Positions 50,617 through 60,439 of a stretch of DNA of 64,000 bases are shown one piece after another. Every line of letters starts with the position of its first letter. Position 1 is the stretch's first letter. Made by a program: the position numbers and the translations under genes. This DNA comes from Polyangiaceae bacterium (GTDB taxonomy: Bacteria; Myxococcota_A; Polyangia; Polyangiales; Polyangiaceae): positions 17,735-81,734 of the forward strand of contig JAHBVX010000011.1 of NCBI GenBank assembly GCA_019637295.1, in the 5' to 3' direction. The notes beneath the pieces are model-generated. The model was not told the origin of the DNA. It searched no databases and worked only from the letters and a program-made list of their open reading frames with translations.

Positions 50617-51618
50617 TCACGGAAAGCGTACCTCCGCGCCAATCGCCGCCCGGCCGCCCGCGCGTGCGGGCCGGTGAACGACTCCCACGTTCTCGAGCAC
50701 GAACTCCGGTCGCCCCACGGGGACGACGAGCTCCGCGCCGACCCACACCCCGAGCCCGTCCGTCAGCGCCTCGACCCCGCGCAGCCCGGCCAGCCCGGCG
50801 ACCCAGAGCGCCGACCCGGAGCCGGGCTCCGTTACCCCGAAACCGGCTCCCGACAGCCGTCCCACCTCGACGCCAAGGCAAGGTGCGAGCAGCACCGGCG
50901 CCGCCGCCACGTCGTGGCAAGCCGACAGCCCCCCGGTCGTGAGGGTGAAGGCGCCGCCCCGCCCGCCGCCCACTTCCGTTCGCTGCTCGAGCAGCACGGT
51001 CAATCGCGCCTCCAAGGTCGTGCCCCCCAGCGCGGCTCCCACGCTGCCGGCGATCCCCGGCGCCGGCGTGGGGAGCGCGCCGACATCGCCGGCGACCCCC
51101 AGCCCCAGCCGTGCTGCCCAGCGCGACTCGCGGGCTCCCTCGGCGGGTCGTGGCCCCCGGGGCGGCGCCACGGGCGCCGCGGGCGCCGCGGCCGGTGGTG
51201 TGCTGTCCAAGGCGGCAGGCTCGGGCGTCGGCTCCGGGGGAGCGGGCTCCGGCGCTGTCACTGCGGGGTTGACGGCGAGGGCCAACAGCAGGGCAGCCGG
51301 CTGCGCGAGCTCCTCGCACTGCCCGGCGCGCAGGCGCCTCCGCCCAGTCCCGTCGCTCGTCACCGTCTCCAGCTCCAGCTCGAACTCCCCCTCGGCCGCT
51401 CGGATGCGTCCGCGCGCGAGGATGCGCTGTTCCGACTCCGTCTGACCCAGCAGCGCGGCCGCCCGGGACAGCACGTCCTGTCGGGTCGGGCAGCCGTCCG
51501 GCGCCGACCACTCGAGCTCGATGGGCTCACCGGCGCGAGCGGGCCCGGCGGTCAGCCACGCGCCCGCTAGCAGCCCAAAGCAGCGAGTGAGACGGTGCAT
51601 GTCGGCTCGTCGAAGCAT
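50617..51618 (-). CDS. secreted hypothetical protein, first gene of the ECF sigma operon
   Basis: 333-aa ORF with good GC3 bias. The signal-like N-terminus is MHRLTRCFGLLAGAWLTAGPARAGE (ATG 51600 is an alternative start). A Pro/Ala linker is followed by a Gly/Ala/Val-rich C-terminal half. No family recognised. Confidence 0.6.
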   Translation of the reverse strand: MLRRADMHRLTRCFGLLAGAWLTAGPARAGEPIELEWSAPDGCPTRQDVLSRAAALLGQTESEQRILARGRIRAAEGEFELELETVTSDGTGRRRLRAGQCEELAQPAALLLALAVNPAVTAPEPAPPEPTPEPAALDSTPPAAAPAAPVAPPRGPRPAEGARESRWAARLGLGVAGDVGALPTPAPGIAGSVGAALGGTTLEARLTVLLEQRTEVGGGRGGAFTLTTGGLSACHDVAAAPVLLAPCLGVEVGRLSGAGFGVTEPGSGSALWVAGLAGLRGVEALTDGLGVWVGAELVVPVGRPEFVLENVGVVHRPARAGGRAAIGAEVRFP

Positions 51619-51790
51619 GTGCCATGCCGTGGTGTGGGCGACAATGACCTGGCCGATTCCGGGTGGCGAGCCTCACCGCCGTGGCACAGTCCCGGACAGA
51701 GTTGGCGCGGCAACCGCGATCCGCTTGGTGCGCGGCGTTTTGGCCTGCTCCCGGGGTGACCCGCCAAAAAGGTGGTAAGAGGGGCCCGAC

Positions 51791-52258
51791 GTGGACCAGA
51801 ACCTCCTCCGCTCCTACTTCGCGACCGTCTACGAGTTGCCAGTCGAGACGGGTCTGCTGCGCGGCTCGATGGATGGCGAGATCGTGCACGATCCGTCCAA
51901 GCTCCCCGAGCTGTTGCAGAAGAGCTTCGCGGTGCTGACGGCCTACAACCCGCGATCGATGCTCCTACCCCGGCGCGTGAACGAGGGGCGTCACCAGGTG
52001 ATGCGCGACTTGCTCATCCTCGGCTGCTACCGGGTCGAACACTGCGTGGGCTACGACGAAGAGCCCGAGGGGGTGTGGCGTGAGCCCGCCTGGCTCGTGC
52101 ACGGCATCGATCGCGACGAGGCGATCTACTTTGGGCGGACCTTTCGCCAGAACACGATCTTGTACTGCCGCGACGCGCGCCCGGAGCTGATCGTGACCGA
52201 CCCCACCTGTGACGAGGTCGGCAAGACCTACCCCGGAAACTGGCGCGTTCGGCAGTAA
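51791..52258 (+). CDS. DUF3293-like protein
   Basis: 155 aa. The GTG start follows AAGAGGGG. DUF3293-like FAVLTAYNPRS...N...WREPAWLVHGI...FGRTFRQNTILY is present. Confidence 0.55.
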   Translation: MDQNLLRSYFATVYELPVETGLLRGSMDGEIVHDPSKLPELLQKSFAVLTAYNPRSMLLPRRVNEGRHQVMRDLLILGCYRVEHCVGYDEEPEGVWREPAWLVHGIDRDEAIYFGRTFRQNTILYCRDARPELIVTDPTCDEVGKTYPGNWRVRQ

Positions 52259-52330
52259 GCCGGCTGCAAACTCGCGCCGCACCCGATTCGGATTGCGATT
52301 TCGGGCGGCCGGGGCCATGTACTGCCGGCA

Positions 52331-53332
52331 ATGCGTAGTCAGTTCGACGACGACGGACCCCGTCCGGACGTCACAGAGGTCGTGGGTCAGGTCTCCGAGG
52401 CGGTGCGTCGCAACCTCAAGAACCTCGGTCCCATCGTGTTTGGTGTCGTGGTCTTGATCCTCGCGGCGACGGGCATCTACAGCGTCGGCCCAGGCGAGCA
52501 AGGGGTCGTGCGGACCTTCGGTCGGGAGTCGGGCAAGACCGGGCCGGGGCTGCACTACCGCCTCCCGTTCGTACAGAAGGTGGACGTGGTCAACGTCGAG
52601 CAAATCCGCCGCATCGAGGTCGGGTTTCGCGCCGAACAACGCGTCCAGCACGAGGGGCTCATGCTCACCGGCGACGAGAACATCGTGGAGGCGCAGTTCA
52701 TCGTGCAGTACCGCGTGACGGATCCCAGCAAGTTCCTGTTCCGGATCTCGGATCCCGAGGAAGCGTTGCGCGCCACCGCCGAGGTCGCGCTGCGCAGCAT
52801 GGTCGGGCGCACGACCATCGACGAGGTGATCACGGTTGGCCGCGAGAAGGTGCAGAGCGACACGCGCACCTGGCTCCAGCAGTTGATGGACAGCTACGAG
52901 AGTGGCCTGAGCATCACAGAGGTCAAGCTGCAGGCCGTGGACGCGCCGGACGAGGTGAAGGACGCCTTTCACGACGTGGTCCGCGCCCGCGAAGAAAAGG
53001 AGAAGGTCATCAACCAGGCCCGCGGTTACCAGGCCGACCTGATCCCTCGAGCCCGCGGCGAGGCACGCAAGATGGAGCGCGAGGCCGAAGGTTACAAGGA
53101 GCAGCGGGTGCTGCAGGCCAAGGGTGACGCGCAGCGTTTCGACTCGGTCTACGCGGAATACAAGAAGGCGGAACGGGTGACTCGGGAACGCCTATACCTC
53201 GAGACGATGGAGCGGATCCTGAGCAAGATCGACAAGAAGACGGTGGTCGATCGGGATCTCTCCCGGAGCGCGCTGCCGCTCCTGCAACTTGGACCGGCCG
53301 GGCAGGGTCCCGCCGTGGGAGGTGCGCGATGA
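52331..53332 (+). CDS. hflK: FtsH protease modulator HflK (SPFH/band-7)
   Basis: It has an N-terminal TM helix and an SPFH domain (GPGEQGVVRTFGR...LTGDENIVEAQFIVQYRV). It pairs with hflC through an ATGA overlap. Confidence 0.88.
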   Translation: MRSQFDDDGPRPDVTEVVGQVSEAVRRNLKNLGPIVFGVVVLILAATGIYSVGPGEQGVVRTFGRESGKTGPGLHYRLPFVQKVDVVNVEQIRRIEVGFRAEQRVQHEGLMLTGDENIVEAQFIVQYRVTDPSKFLFRISDPEEALRATAEVALRSMVGRTTIDEVITVGREKVQSDTRTWLQQLMDSYESGLSITEVKLQAVDAPDEVKDAFHDVVRAREEKEKVINQARGYQADLIPRARGEARKMEREAEGYKEQRVLQAKGDAQRFDSVYAEYKKAERVTRERLYLETMERILSKIDKKTVVDRDLSRSALPLLQLGPAGQGPAVGGAR

Positions 53333-54180
53333 AATCCAGTATCGTGTTCGGGCTGATACTCGCGCTATTCGTCGGGTTCTCCAGCATCTTCGTCGTGGAC
53401 GAAGGCGAGCTGGCGATCGTGACGCAGTTCGGTGAGTACAAGCGTACGGCGGATTCGCCGGGGCTCTACTTCAAGACGCCCTTCGTACAGACCGTCACCC
53501 GCATGGAACGCCGCATCATGGGCAGCGACACGCCGCCCGCGGAGTACTTGACGCTGGACAAGAAGCGCCTGGTTGCGGACCCCGTCACCCGGTGGCGCGT
53601 GGTCGAACCCCTCAGCTTCTACAAGACGGTGCACGACGAGGTGGGCGCCAAGGCCCGGCTGGACGACATCATCAACTCCGAGATGCGTCGCGAGCTCGCC
53701 AGCCACAACTTCGGCGACATCATCGGCAACGCGCGCGATCCGATGATGCAGCGGGTGGCCGCCGCCGTTCGCGAACAGACCAAGGAGTTCGGCATCGAGG
53801 TCGTGGACGTCCGCATCAAGCGGGCGGACTTGCCGAAAGAGGTGCAAGAGAGCGTGTTTGCTCGCATGCGCGCGGAGCGCGATCGGGTGGCCAAGCAGTA
53901 CCGCTCGGAGGGCGAGGAAGAGGCGCAGAAGATCCGCGCGGACACGGACAAGGAGAAGACCATCCTGATCGCGCAGGCCTACGAGACTGCTCAGAAGGCT
54001 CGCGGCGAGGGCGATGCAGAGAGCACGAGCGTGTACGCGGAGGCGTACGGCAAGGATCCGGAGTTCTACGCCTTCATTCGCAGCCTCGACGCCTATGAGA
54101 AGTCGCTCGGCGACCAGACCTCACTGGTGCTGTCCTCGGGCTCGGATCTGTTCCAGTACCTGTCGAAGGCCCGCAGGTAG
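53329..54180 (+). CDS. hflC: FtsH protease modulator HflC (SPFH/band-7)
   Basis: It has an N-terminal TM helix and an SPFH domain (VDEGELAIVTQFGE...), plus RAERDRVAKQYRSEGEEEAQKIRADTDKE. Confidence 0.88.
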   Translation: MKSSIVFGLILALFVGFSSIFVVDEGELAIVTQFGEYKRTADSPGLYFKTPFVQTVTRMERRIMGSDTPPAEYLTLDKKRLVADPVTRWRVVEPLSFYKTVHDEVGAKARLDDIINSEMRRELASHNFGDIIGNARDPMMQRVAAAVREQTKEFGIEVVDVRIKRADLPKEVQESVFARMRAERDRVAKQYRSEGEEEAQKIRADTDKEKTILIAQAYETAQKARGEGDAESTSVYAEAYGKDPEFYAFIRSLDAYEKSLGDQTSLVLSSGSDLFQYLSKARR

Positions 54181-54214
54181 ACAGCGACCCGGCAGGCGCT
54201 CGCTCGTGCGGGCG

Positions 54215-54838
54215 TCAGATCGCGCCGCGGCGCGCCCTCGCCGGGCGCACGTAGGGCTGCTCGACCACCAGCGAGTACCACTCGCCGCGGCGCCAGAAGC
54301 GGCCCGAGATCTCGGCCGCGCCGCGGGCGCGGGCGCCGATCACCAACCCCACGACCTCGCCCGCGCTGGTGGCGGGCCGTCCGCCGGCGTGGGTCAGGAT
54401 GTCGCCGTCAATCAAGCCGATGCCCAGCGCGCTCACCCCGGTCATCGCCAGCCCGGCCGGGCGCTCCGCGCGGGCCTGCACCGGAATGGCGGCGGGGCGC
54501 ACCCCAGCGCTGGCCAGCGCCAGCACGCGGTCCGCACGCACTCGGATGCCCTTGGTTGGCGCGCTCGGCGCGCCCTTCGGGCGAGGCGTGGTCAGGACCG
54601 TCGGCGGCGGCGTCGAGAGTCCATCCGTCGTCATCGCGCTCGCGGCCGGCTCGGCGCTCGGCTCCACGAAGACGTCCGGCGGCGCTGGCGGTGGCGGCAC
54701 TAGCCAGGCGCTGCTCTTGGCCAGCTCCCGGCCGAGCTGCTGCGCCACGCGCTCCGCGAGAGCAGCGCCGAGCGCGGCTGCCAGCGGCAGCGTGAGCAGC
54801 AGCGGTAGTCCCAGGGCGGCAGCGCGCATCGCGCCCAT
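54215..54838 (-). CDS. membrane-anchored protein with a Pro-rich spacer and a PDZ-like C-terminal region
   Basis: ATG 54838 or 54829 gives MGAMRAAALGLPLLLTLPLAAALGAALA. The PDZ-like segment is GLAMTGVSALGIGLIDGDILTHAGGRPATSAGEVVGLV. The family call is weak. Confidence 0.45.
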   Translation of the reverse strand: MGAMRAAALGLPLLLTLPLAAALGAALAERVAQQLGRELAKSSAWLVPPPPAPPDVFVEPSAEPAASAMTTDGLSTPPPTVLTTPRPKGAPSAPTKGIRVRADRVLALASAGVRPAAIPVQARAERPAGLAMTGVSALGIGLIDGDILTHAGGRPATSAGEVVGLVIGARARGAAEISGRFWRRGEWYSLVVEQPYVRPARARRGAI

Positions 54839-54880
54839 TGTACGCACCCGGCCCGCGACGGGAAGAGGCATACTCGGGTC

Positions 54881-55450
54881 ATGCGCGTGACGCCGACCGC
54901 CATCAAGGATGTCTGGTTGGTGCAGTGCGTCCGCCACGGCGACGAGCGCGGCTACTTCCTGGAGACCTTTCGCCAAGAAGTGCTCGCGGCGGCCGGATTG
55001 GACTTCGGGTTCGTGCAGGACAACGAGTCACTCTCGCCCGAGGTGGGCACGGTCCGCGGACTGCACTTCCAGGTCCCGCCCAGGCCTCAGGGCAAGCTCG
55101 TGCGCGTGGTCCGCGGCGCGGTGCTCGACGTCGCCGTCGACGTGCGCTCTGGCAGCCCCAGCTACGGCCAGCACGTCGCGGTGGAGCTGAGCGCGGAGGC
55201 GTGCAACCAGCTGTGGGTGCCTCCCGGCTTCGCGCACGGCATCTGCACGCTGCTGCCGGACACCATCCTGGCGTACAAGGTGACCAGCTACTGGTCAGCG
55301 GAGCACGAGCGGTTCTTGCGCTGGAACGATCCGGCGCTCGGGATCGACTGGCCGGTCTCGGCTGACCGCGCCGTCCTGAACGCGCGGGATCGAAGCGCCC
55401 CGTGCCTCTCGGAGCTGGAGCCCTGGCCTCAAGCGAACCTGAAGTCGTAG
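54881..55450 (+). CDS. rfbC: dTDP-4-dehydrorhamnose 3,5-epimerase
   Basis: 189 aa with [43 protein letters not shown] and PPGFAHG. The 3' end overlaps the convergent gene by 22 nt. Confidence 0.9.
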   Translation: MRVTPTAIKDVWLVQCVRHGDERGYFLETFRQEVLAAAGLDFGFVQDNESLSPEVGTVRGLHFQVPPRPQGKLVRVVRGAVLDVAVDVRSGSPSYGQHVAVELSAEACNQLWVPPGFAHGICTLLPDTILAYKVTSYWSAEHERFLRWNDPALGIDWPVSADRAVLNARDRSAPCLSELEPWPQANLKS

Positions 55451-57684
55451 CGCTTCACCGCGGAGTACTGGGGCGGCCAGTCGCTCGGGAACCCGAGCGC
55501 CGAGGCCGCGTGTCGCGTCCAGTACGGGTCGTACAGGTGAGCGCGGGCGAGCACGCACACGTCGGCGCGCTCGGCAGCGATGATGCTATTGGCGTCCCCG
55601 TAGCTCTGGATGTTGCCTACGGTCATGGTGGGCACCTGGGCCTCCAGCCGCACCAGTTCCGAGAAGGGCGTCTGGAACAGGCGGCCGTAGCGGGGTCGCT
55701 GCTCGGCGACGGTCTGGCCTGCGGAGACGTCCACGATGTCCACGCCGTGCTCGCGAAACGCCCGCGCGATGCCGACGACGTCATCGAGGGTCGTGCCGCC
55801 GTCCAGCCAATCACACGCGGAGATGCGCACGCTCATCGGCCGCTCTGCAGGCCAGATGGCGCGCACGGCGGTGAATACCTCCAGCGGATAGCGCAGTCGG
55901 TTCGCCAGTGAGCCACCGTACTCGTCGTCGCGCTGGTTCGTCAGCGGCGACAAGAAGCTGGCCAGCAGGTAGCCATGGGCGCAGTGCAGCTCGAGCGCGT
56001 CGAAGCCCGCCTCGATGGCCAGCTCCGCGGCGCGTACGTGGTCGTCCAGCACTCGGGCGCGATCGGCGGCGTCCATCGCCTTGGGCACCTGACCGTGTGG
56101 CAAGTAGGGCAGCGGTGAGGCGGAGAGCAGCGGCCAGTTGCCTTCGGCTAGCGGCTGGTCGGGCCCCTCCCACAGTCTCTGAGTGCTGCCCTTGCGTCCC
56201 GCGTGCCCGAGCTGCAGCGCGATCTTGCTGCTCGAGAAGCGGTGTACGAACTCGGTGATCCGCCGCCACGCCGCCACGTGCTCCGGGCGATACATACCGG
56301 CGCATCCCGGGCTGATGCGTCCCTCCGCCGAGACATCGGTCATCTCGGCGATCACCAGCCCCGCGCCGCCCACGGCGCGGCTGCCGAGGTGCACGAGGTG
56401 CCAGTCGTTCACGGTACCATCCTCCGCCGAGTACATGCACATGGGCGAGACCGCGATCCGGTTCTCGAGCACCATGTCCCTCAGCTTGAAGGGAGTGAAG
56501 ATCGGCGGCGGCGCCGGAGCCCGTGGTAGCGCTCGGCCTGACTGCAGCTCGGCCTTGCCCGCCACGTTCTGGTCCACCCGGTCCGCCAGCGCCGGATCCC
56601 TGAGCTTCAGGTTCTCGTGGGTGACCCGCAGGCTGCGAGTCAGCATGCTGAAGGTGAACGTCAGCGCATCCAGCGGCAAATAGCGCTCCGTGTTCTCGAA
56701 CCAGCCGAGGCTCACCTCCGCCGCGCGTTGGATGCTCTCCACCGCCGAGCGCCGCTCTGCTTCGTACGCCGCGAGGGCGTCGGGGACCCTCGGGTGAGCG
56801 AGTAGCGCGTCGCGCAGCGCAATCGAGTCCTCCATGGCGAGCTTGGTCCCGGAGCCGATCGAGAAGTGCGCCGTGTGGGCCGCATCCCCGAGCAGCACGA
56901 CGTTGTCGAAGTGCCAGTGCGCGTTCTTCACGGTCGGAAACTGGCGCCAGATGCTGCGATTGGCGAGCAGGCGATGCCCGCCGAGGCGGTGGGCGAAGAG
57001 GCGCTCGCAGTACTCGAGTGTGTCCTGCTCGCTCGCCGTGTCCAGGCCCGCAGCGCGCCAGGTCTGCTCCGTGCACTCGACGATGAAGGTGCTCGTCCCC
57101 GCCTCGTAGCGGTAGGCGTGAACGCGGAACAAGCCATGCGCGTTCTGCTCGAAGTAGAACGTGAAAGCATCGAAGGGAAACGTCGTTCCCAGCCACACGA
57201 AGCGGTTCGGGCGGAAGTCCACGTCTGGTTCGAAGCGAGCCTGGTGAGCGTCACGTATCGCGGAGTTGACGCCATCGCAGGCGACGATCAAGTCCGCCCC
57301 GCTGAACTCGCCCAGCTCGGGCCCTGCTTCGCGGCCAAACTGCACGTCGACCGAGAGCTCCAGGCAGCGCTCGGTCAAGATCTCGAGCAGCGTGCGCCGG
57401 CTGAGGCCCGAGAATCCGTGGCCCGTCGAGCGGATGACTTCGCCGTGGATGAACGTATCGATGTCGTCCCAGTGGGCGAGCTCGCGCGTGATGCGCGCGT
57501 AGCTCTCGGGGTCTTCCGTCGCCAGGTTGCCCATGGTGGCGTCGCTGAAGACCACGCCGAAGCCGAAGGTCTCACCGCGGCCGTGCCGCTCGTACACTTG
57601 CACCGCCGCGTCGGGACGCGCCTTCTTCATCAGCAGCGCGAAATAGAGGCCTGCGGGTCCGCCGCCGATACACACGATTTTCAT
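55429..57684 (-). CDS. fused FAD-dependent monooxygenase / Old-Yellow-Enzyme-type flavin oxidoreductase (salicylyl-CoA 5-hydroxylase-like)
   Basis: 751 aa. N-terminus [21 protein letters not shown] (GxGxxG) with a monooxygenase body. The C-terminal half is OYE-like ([43 protein letters not shown]). Confidence 0.8.
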   Translation of the reverse strand: MKIVCIGGGPAGLYFALLMKKARPDAAVQVYERHGRGETFGFGVVFSDATMGNLATEDPESYARITRELAHWDDIDTFIHGEVIRSTGHGFSGLSRRTLLEILTERCLELSVDVQFGREAGPELGEFSGADLIVACDGVNSAIRDAHQARFEPDVDFRPNRFVWLGTTFPFDAFTFYFEQNAHGLFRVHAYRYEAGTSTFIVECTEQTWRAAGLDTASEQDTLEYCERLFAHRLGGHRLLANRSIWRQFPTVKNAHWHFDNVVLLGDAAHTAHFSIGSGTKLAMEDSIALRDALLAHPRVPDALAAYEAERRSAVESIQRAAEVSLGWFENTERYLPLDALTFTFSMLTRSLRVTHENLKLRDPALADRVDQNVAGKAELQSGRALPRAPAPPPIFTPFKLRDMVLENRIAVSPMCMYSAEDGTVNDWHLVHLGSRAVGGAGLVIAEMTDVSAEGRISPGCAGMYRPEHVAAWRRITEFVHRFSSSKIALQLGHAGRKGSTQRLWEGPDQPLAEGNWPLLSASPLPYLPHGQVPKAMDAADRARVLDDHVRAAELAIEAGFDALELHCAHGYLLASFLSPLTNQRDDEYGGSLANRLRYPLEVFTAVRAIWPAERPMSVRISACDWLDGGTTLDDVVGIARAFREHGVDIVDVSAGQTVAEQRPRYGRLFQTPFSELVRLEAQVPTMTVGNIQSYGDANSIIAAERADVCVLARAHLYDPYWTRHAASALGFPSDWPPQYSAVKRYDFRFA

Positions 57685-57876
57685 GGCTCACCTACCGAGG
57701 GGCTGGCGCAGGCGCGCGAGTCCGCGCTCCGTTTTACTCACCGCGCGTCGCCGCGAGCAACGGCGCCGGGCTGGGGAAGCCCGCGAAAAATCCGCGCGGG
57801 GCGGGAAAGACCGGTCGCGCGTCTCGACGCGGCGCGGCTTGACGACGAGCCGCTGCTGTCCCAGAACGAGGGGACC

Positions 57877-58095
57877 ATGCCGTTCTCCAAGCTCATCCCT
57901 TCGGCCCTCGTCGCCTGCGGCCTGCTGCTCTCGGGCCCCGCCTTCGCGGTCGCTTCGGACGCCTCCACCCTGTGCGGTGGCGGCAAGAAGGGCCAAGACG
58001 ACAAGGACAAGGATCGCAAGAATCCTCAGCCCGCCTGCGGCGACATGAAGAAGCCGAAGGACGACGACGACAAGAAGAAGAAGAATCCCGCCTGA
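57877..58095 (+). CDS. small secreted Lys/Asp-rich peptide (72 aa)
   Basis: In-frame ATG 57877 inside the spurious ORF 56866..58095 gives MPFSKLIPSALVACGLLLSGPAFAVA (signal peptide). Two similar units follow: CGGGKKGQDDKDKDRKNPQPA and CGDMKKPKDDDDKKKKNPA. Confidence 0.5.
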   Translation: MPFSKLIPSALVACGLLLSGPAFAVASDASTLCGGGKKGQDDKDKDRKNPQPACGDMKKPKDDDDKKKKNPA

Positions 58096-58126
58096 CGCGG
58101 CGCCGTCATCGACGGCGGGCGTCCCA

Positions 58127-58250
58127 TCACCGAACGCGGGCGCGCCGCCGTCGCCGCGTCGCGCCGACCGCGGTCAGCAACAACACCAGCGTCGCGCTTT
58201 CTCCGCCGCCGCCTCGCGTGCGACAGCCGCACCCGCTGTCCGAGCCACCC
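58127..58250 (-). other. MYXO-CTERM-type sorting tag (tag 5 of 5)
   Basis: GGSDSGCGCRTRGGGGESATLVLLLTAVGATRRRRRARVR-stop. Confidence 0.78.
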
Positions 58251-60439
58251 TTCGCGCCCGCCGCACCAGCTGCGGCGCTCGTGTTGCCGGCGCCGCCCGA
58301 GCTCGAGCCGGCGCCCGACCCGCCAGAGCCGCTCGCCGCTCCGCTCCCCGAGCCGGCCGCGCCGCCGGCGCCGGCGTCCGGCGTGCTCGGTTCGAAGGTG
58401 AGCTCGAGCTTCAGATCGAACGAGAGATCCGACGAAGTGGCGTTTGCTTGTTTGACCAGCGCGGTCACGACGTTCTGTCCGCTCACGAACACGCTGCTCG
58501 GCACGGGCGTGCTCGATAGTTCGTTGTCCTGCGACGCGGCGCTCGCGTAGGTCCCGAACTCGAGGCCAGCCACGTACTTGGAGAGGACCTCGCTGCCATT
58601 GATGAACACGACCACGCCGTCGTCGTGGATGACCTCGAGCGCCGCGCTCTCGATCGCGCCTTGCAGGGAGATCGTCTTGCGAAAGTAGGTGGTCGCGACG
58701 TTGGGTGACCCCTGGTAGATGACCGTCGCTTCGTCGCCGTCGCCATAGCCGAGCTCGGCCTTGCCGGACGCCCAGCCGCTGTCATCGAAGGCCGCGGTGG
58801 TGACCGTCGGCCCGGGGTCAGGACCCTGGTCGAGGTATCTCCACTCGTCCCCGAAGGGGATCACCGTCTGCGGTCCCACGTTGCCGATGGTGAAGCCTGC
58901 GTTGCTCTCGTCTTCGATGCTGGCTTGCGCCGTGGAGCGCACGCGCACGAGCGCGCGATCCGTGGTCACGTTCGGCACCGTCCAGGTGAACTGCCCGGTG
59001 TTGGCGACGCCCGTGGCGATGGTGGCCCAGGAGCTTCCGTCGTTCGCCGAGTACGCGAGGTCGACCTGGGGTATCGTCCCGACCGTCGCCCAGCGGATGT
59101 CGAAGGCCTCCCCCGGCTCGAGCGTCTCGCCGCCGTCGGGCTCGGCGATGACCAGCGCGTTGCCCTTCACCAGCGTGAACCGGTCGGTGATCTGACCGTC
59201 GTGTCGGATGTTGAACAGGCTCAGGCGGTTGTCCTGTACGTCCAGGATGCAGGAGCCATGCTGCTTCTCGCTGAAGTACATCAGCGGGTGGTTCGCCGGC
59301 CCGGAGATGCCAGCGCCGCCGTGTCCAGCGACGACGTAGACCGCGCCCGCGTTCGCCGTCGTGGTCGCGGGCTTCTGGTAGGGACCGCTGCCGAGGGGCC
59401 TGCCGTCGCCGCTGTCCTTGAGCTTGCCGGCCGCCGTGGATGGCGTCTCATAGGCGCCATCGATCAGGTAGGAGCGTTCGTAGATGTGCGAGTGCCCCGC
59501 CAGCACCACATCCACGCCGCCGGCCTCGAGGATGGGCAGCGCGTTCTCGCGCATTTGGCGCAGCTGCGTCTCGGTGTCCGAGTCGTGGCTGCCCTTGGTG
59601 TAGGGCGGGTGGTGCCAAAAAGCCACGACCCAAGGCTGCGTCGTGGCGGCGATGTCGTTCTTGGCCCAAGTCAGCATCGCGCCGTTCGGCGAGCGATCCG
59701 TGTCGTGCGAGTCGAGCACGATGAAGTGTACGTTGGCGAAGTCGAACGAGTAGTAGGCCTCCGTCCCGCTCGGCAAACCTCCGGCCTCGCCGGCCTTGGG
59801 CAGCACGTAGGCCGTGTAGTACGGGCCCGTCTGCGTGCCCGAGTCGGAGGTGGCACCTTCGTGGTTGCCCATCGTGGGCCAAGTGACGGTGTTTCGCAGG
59901 ACGGTCGGGTACACCCCGAAGAAGCGAGCCGTAAACTCGCTGGTCGTCCCGGTGTTGTACGCCATGTCCCCGAGGTGCAGGAACAGGTGTGGGCGGTAGC
60001 GCCCGACATGCGCGAGCATCGCGTTCTGCACGTTGGCTTGCGGTGTTCCTCCCGTGCCAGAGTCCCCCACGACCCAGGCTCGGAACTTCTTCGTGGTACC
60101 GGCCGTAGGTGCCGTCTCGAACCAGTGCTCCGAGTCGCCACCCGCCAGCGTCACGCCGCTCGTGCCCACGCTGTAGTAGTAGCGCGTGTTCGGTGTGAGC
60201 CCGGTGATCTTCACCTCGTGCTGCGTGCCCGCCGCGGCAGTGGCGGTCTGAGTCAGGCTCGTCGGGCTCGAGCCGTAGCGCACCACGCTCTCGCTCGCCT
60301 GCGTCGTGGTCCACACCAGGATCACCGAGCTGGGCGTCGATTGTTGCAGGTAGGGGCTCCGCTCCAAGGTCTGGGCCCACGCCGGGCTCCCGAGCGTCAG
60401 ACCCAGTGCCGTCGCGGCCAGCCAGACCCTGGGCTTCAT
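58127..60439 (-). CDS. purple-acid-phosphatase-like metallophosphoesterase with extra beta-rich domains and a MYXO-CTERM tag
   Basis: ATG 60439 within ORF 58127..61603, giving 770 aa. Signal peptide MKPRVWLAATALGLTLGSPAWAQ, then an FN3-like N-domain (VRYG...HEVKITGLTPNTRYYYSV). Metallophosphoesterase motifs are VVGDSGTG, HLGDMAYN, MGNHE, AFWHHPPY and LAGHSHIYERS. The C-terminus is DSGCGCRTRGGGGESATLVLLLTAVGATRRRRRARVR. Confidence 0.87.
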   Translation of the reverse strand: MKPRVWLAATALGLTLGSPAWAQTLERSPYLQQSTPSSVILVWTTTQASESVVRYGSSPTSLTQTATAAAGTQHEVKITGLTPNTRYYYSVGTSGVTLAGGDSEHWFETAPTAGTTKKFRAWVVGDSGTGGTPQANVQNAMLAHVGRYRPHLFLHLGDMAYNTGTTSEFTARFFGVYPTVLRNTVTWPTMGNHEGATSDSGTQTGPYYTAYVLPKAGEAGGLPSGTEAYYSFDFANVHFIVLDSHDTDRSPNGAMLTWAKNDIAATTQPWVVAFWHHPPYTKGSHDSDTETQLRQMRENALPILEAGGVDVVLAGHSHIYERSYLIDGAYETPSTAAGKLKDSGDGRPLGSGPYQKPATTTANAGAVYVVAGHGGAGISGPANHPLMYFSEKQHGSCILDVQDNRLSLFNIRHDGQITDRFTLVKGNALVIAEPDGGETLEPGEAFDIRWATVGTIPQVDLAYSANDGSSWATIATGVANTGQFTWTVPNVTTDRALVRVRSTAQASIEDESNAGFTIGNVGPQTVIPFGDEWRYLDQGPDPGPTVTTAAFDDSGWASGKAELGYGDGDEATVIYQGSPNVATTYFRKTISLQGAIESAALEVIHDDGVVVFINGSEVLSKYVAGLEFGTYASAASQDNELSSTPVPSSVFVSGQNVVTALVKQANATSSDLSFDLKLELTFEPSTPDAGAGGAAGSGSGAASGSGGSGAGSSSGGAGNTSAAAGAAGAKGGSDSGCGCRTRGGGGESATLVLLLTAVGATRRRRRARVR

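Noticed and set aside
50585-51511. An upstream extension of the ECF sigma ORF (495-aa version), and likewise the 58127..61603 extension of the phosphoesterase ORF.
   Set aside because: The extensions are Arg/Gly/Ala-rich and overlap better-supported genes in another frame (50617..51618 and 60436..61338). Internal ATGs give a sigma-70 region 2 start and a signal peptide respectively.
51619-51790. An ECF-type promoter upstream of the sigma operon (GGAAT on the minus strand at 51660-51656).
   Set aside because: There is no clear CGTC-type -10 element at the expected spacing, and it would leave almost no leader before ATG 51618. It cannot be supported without transcript mapping.
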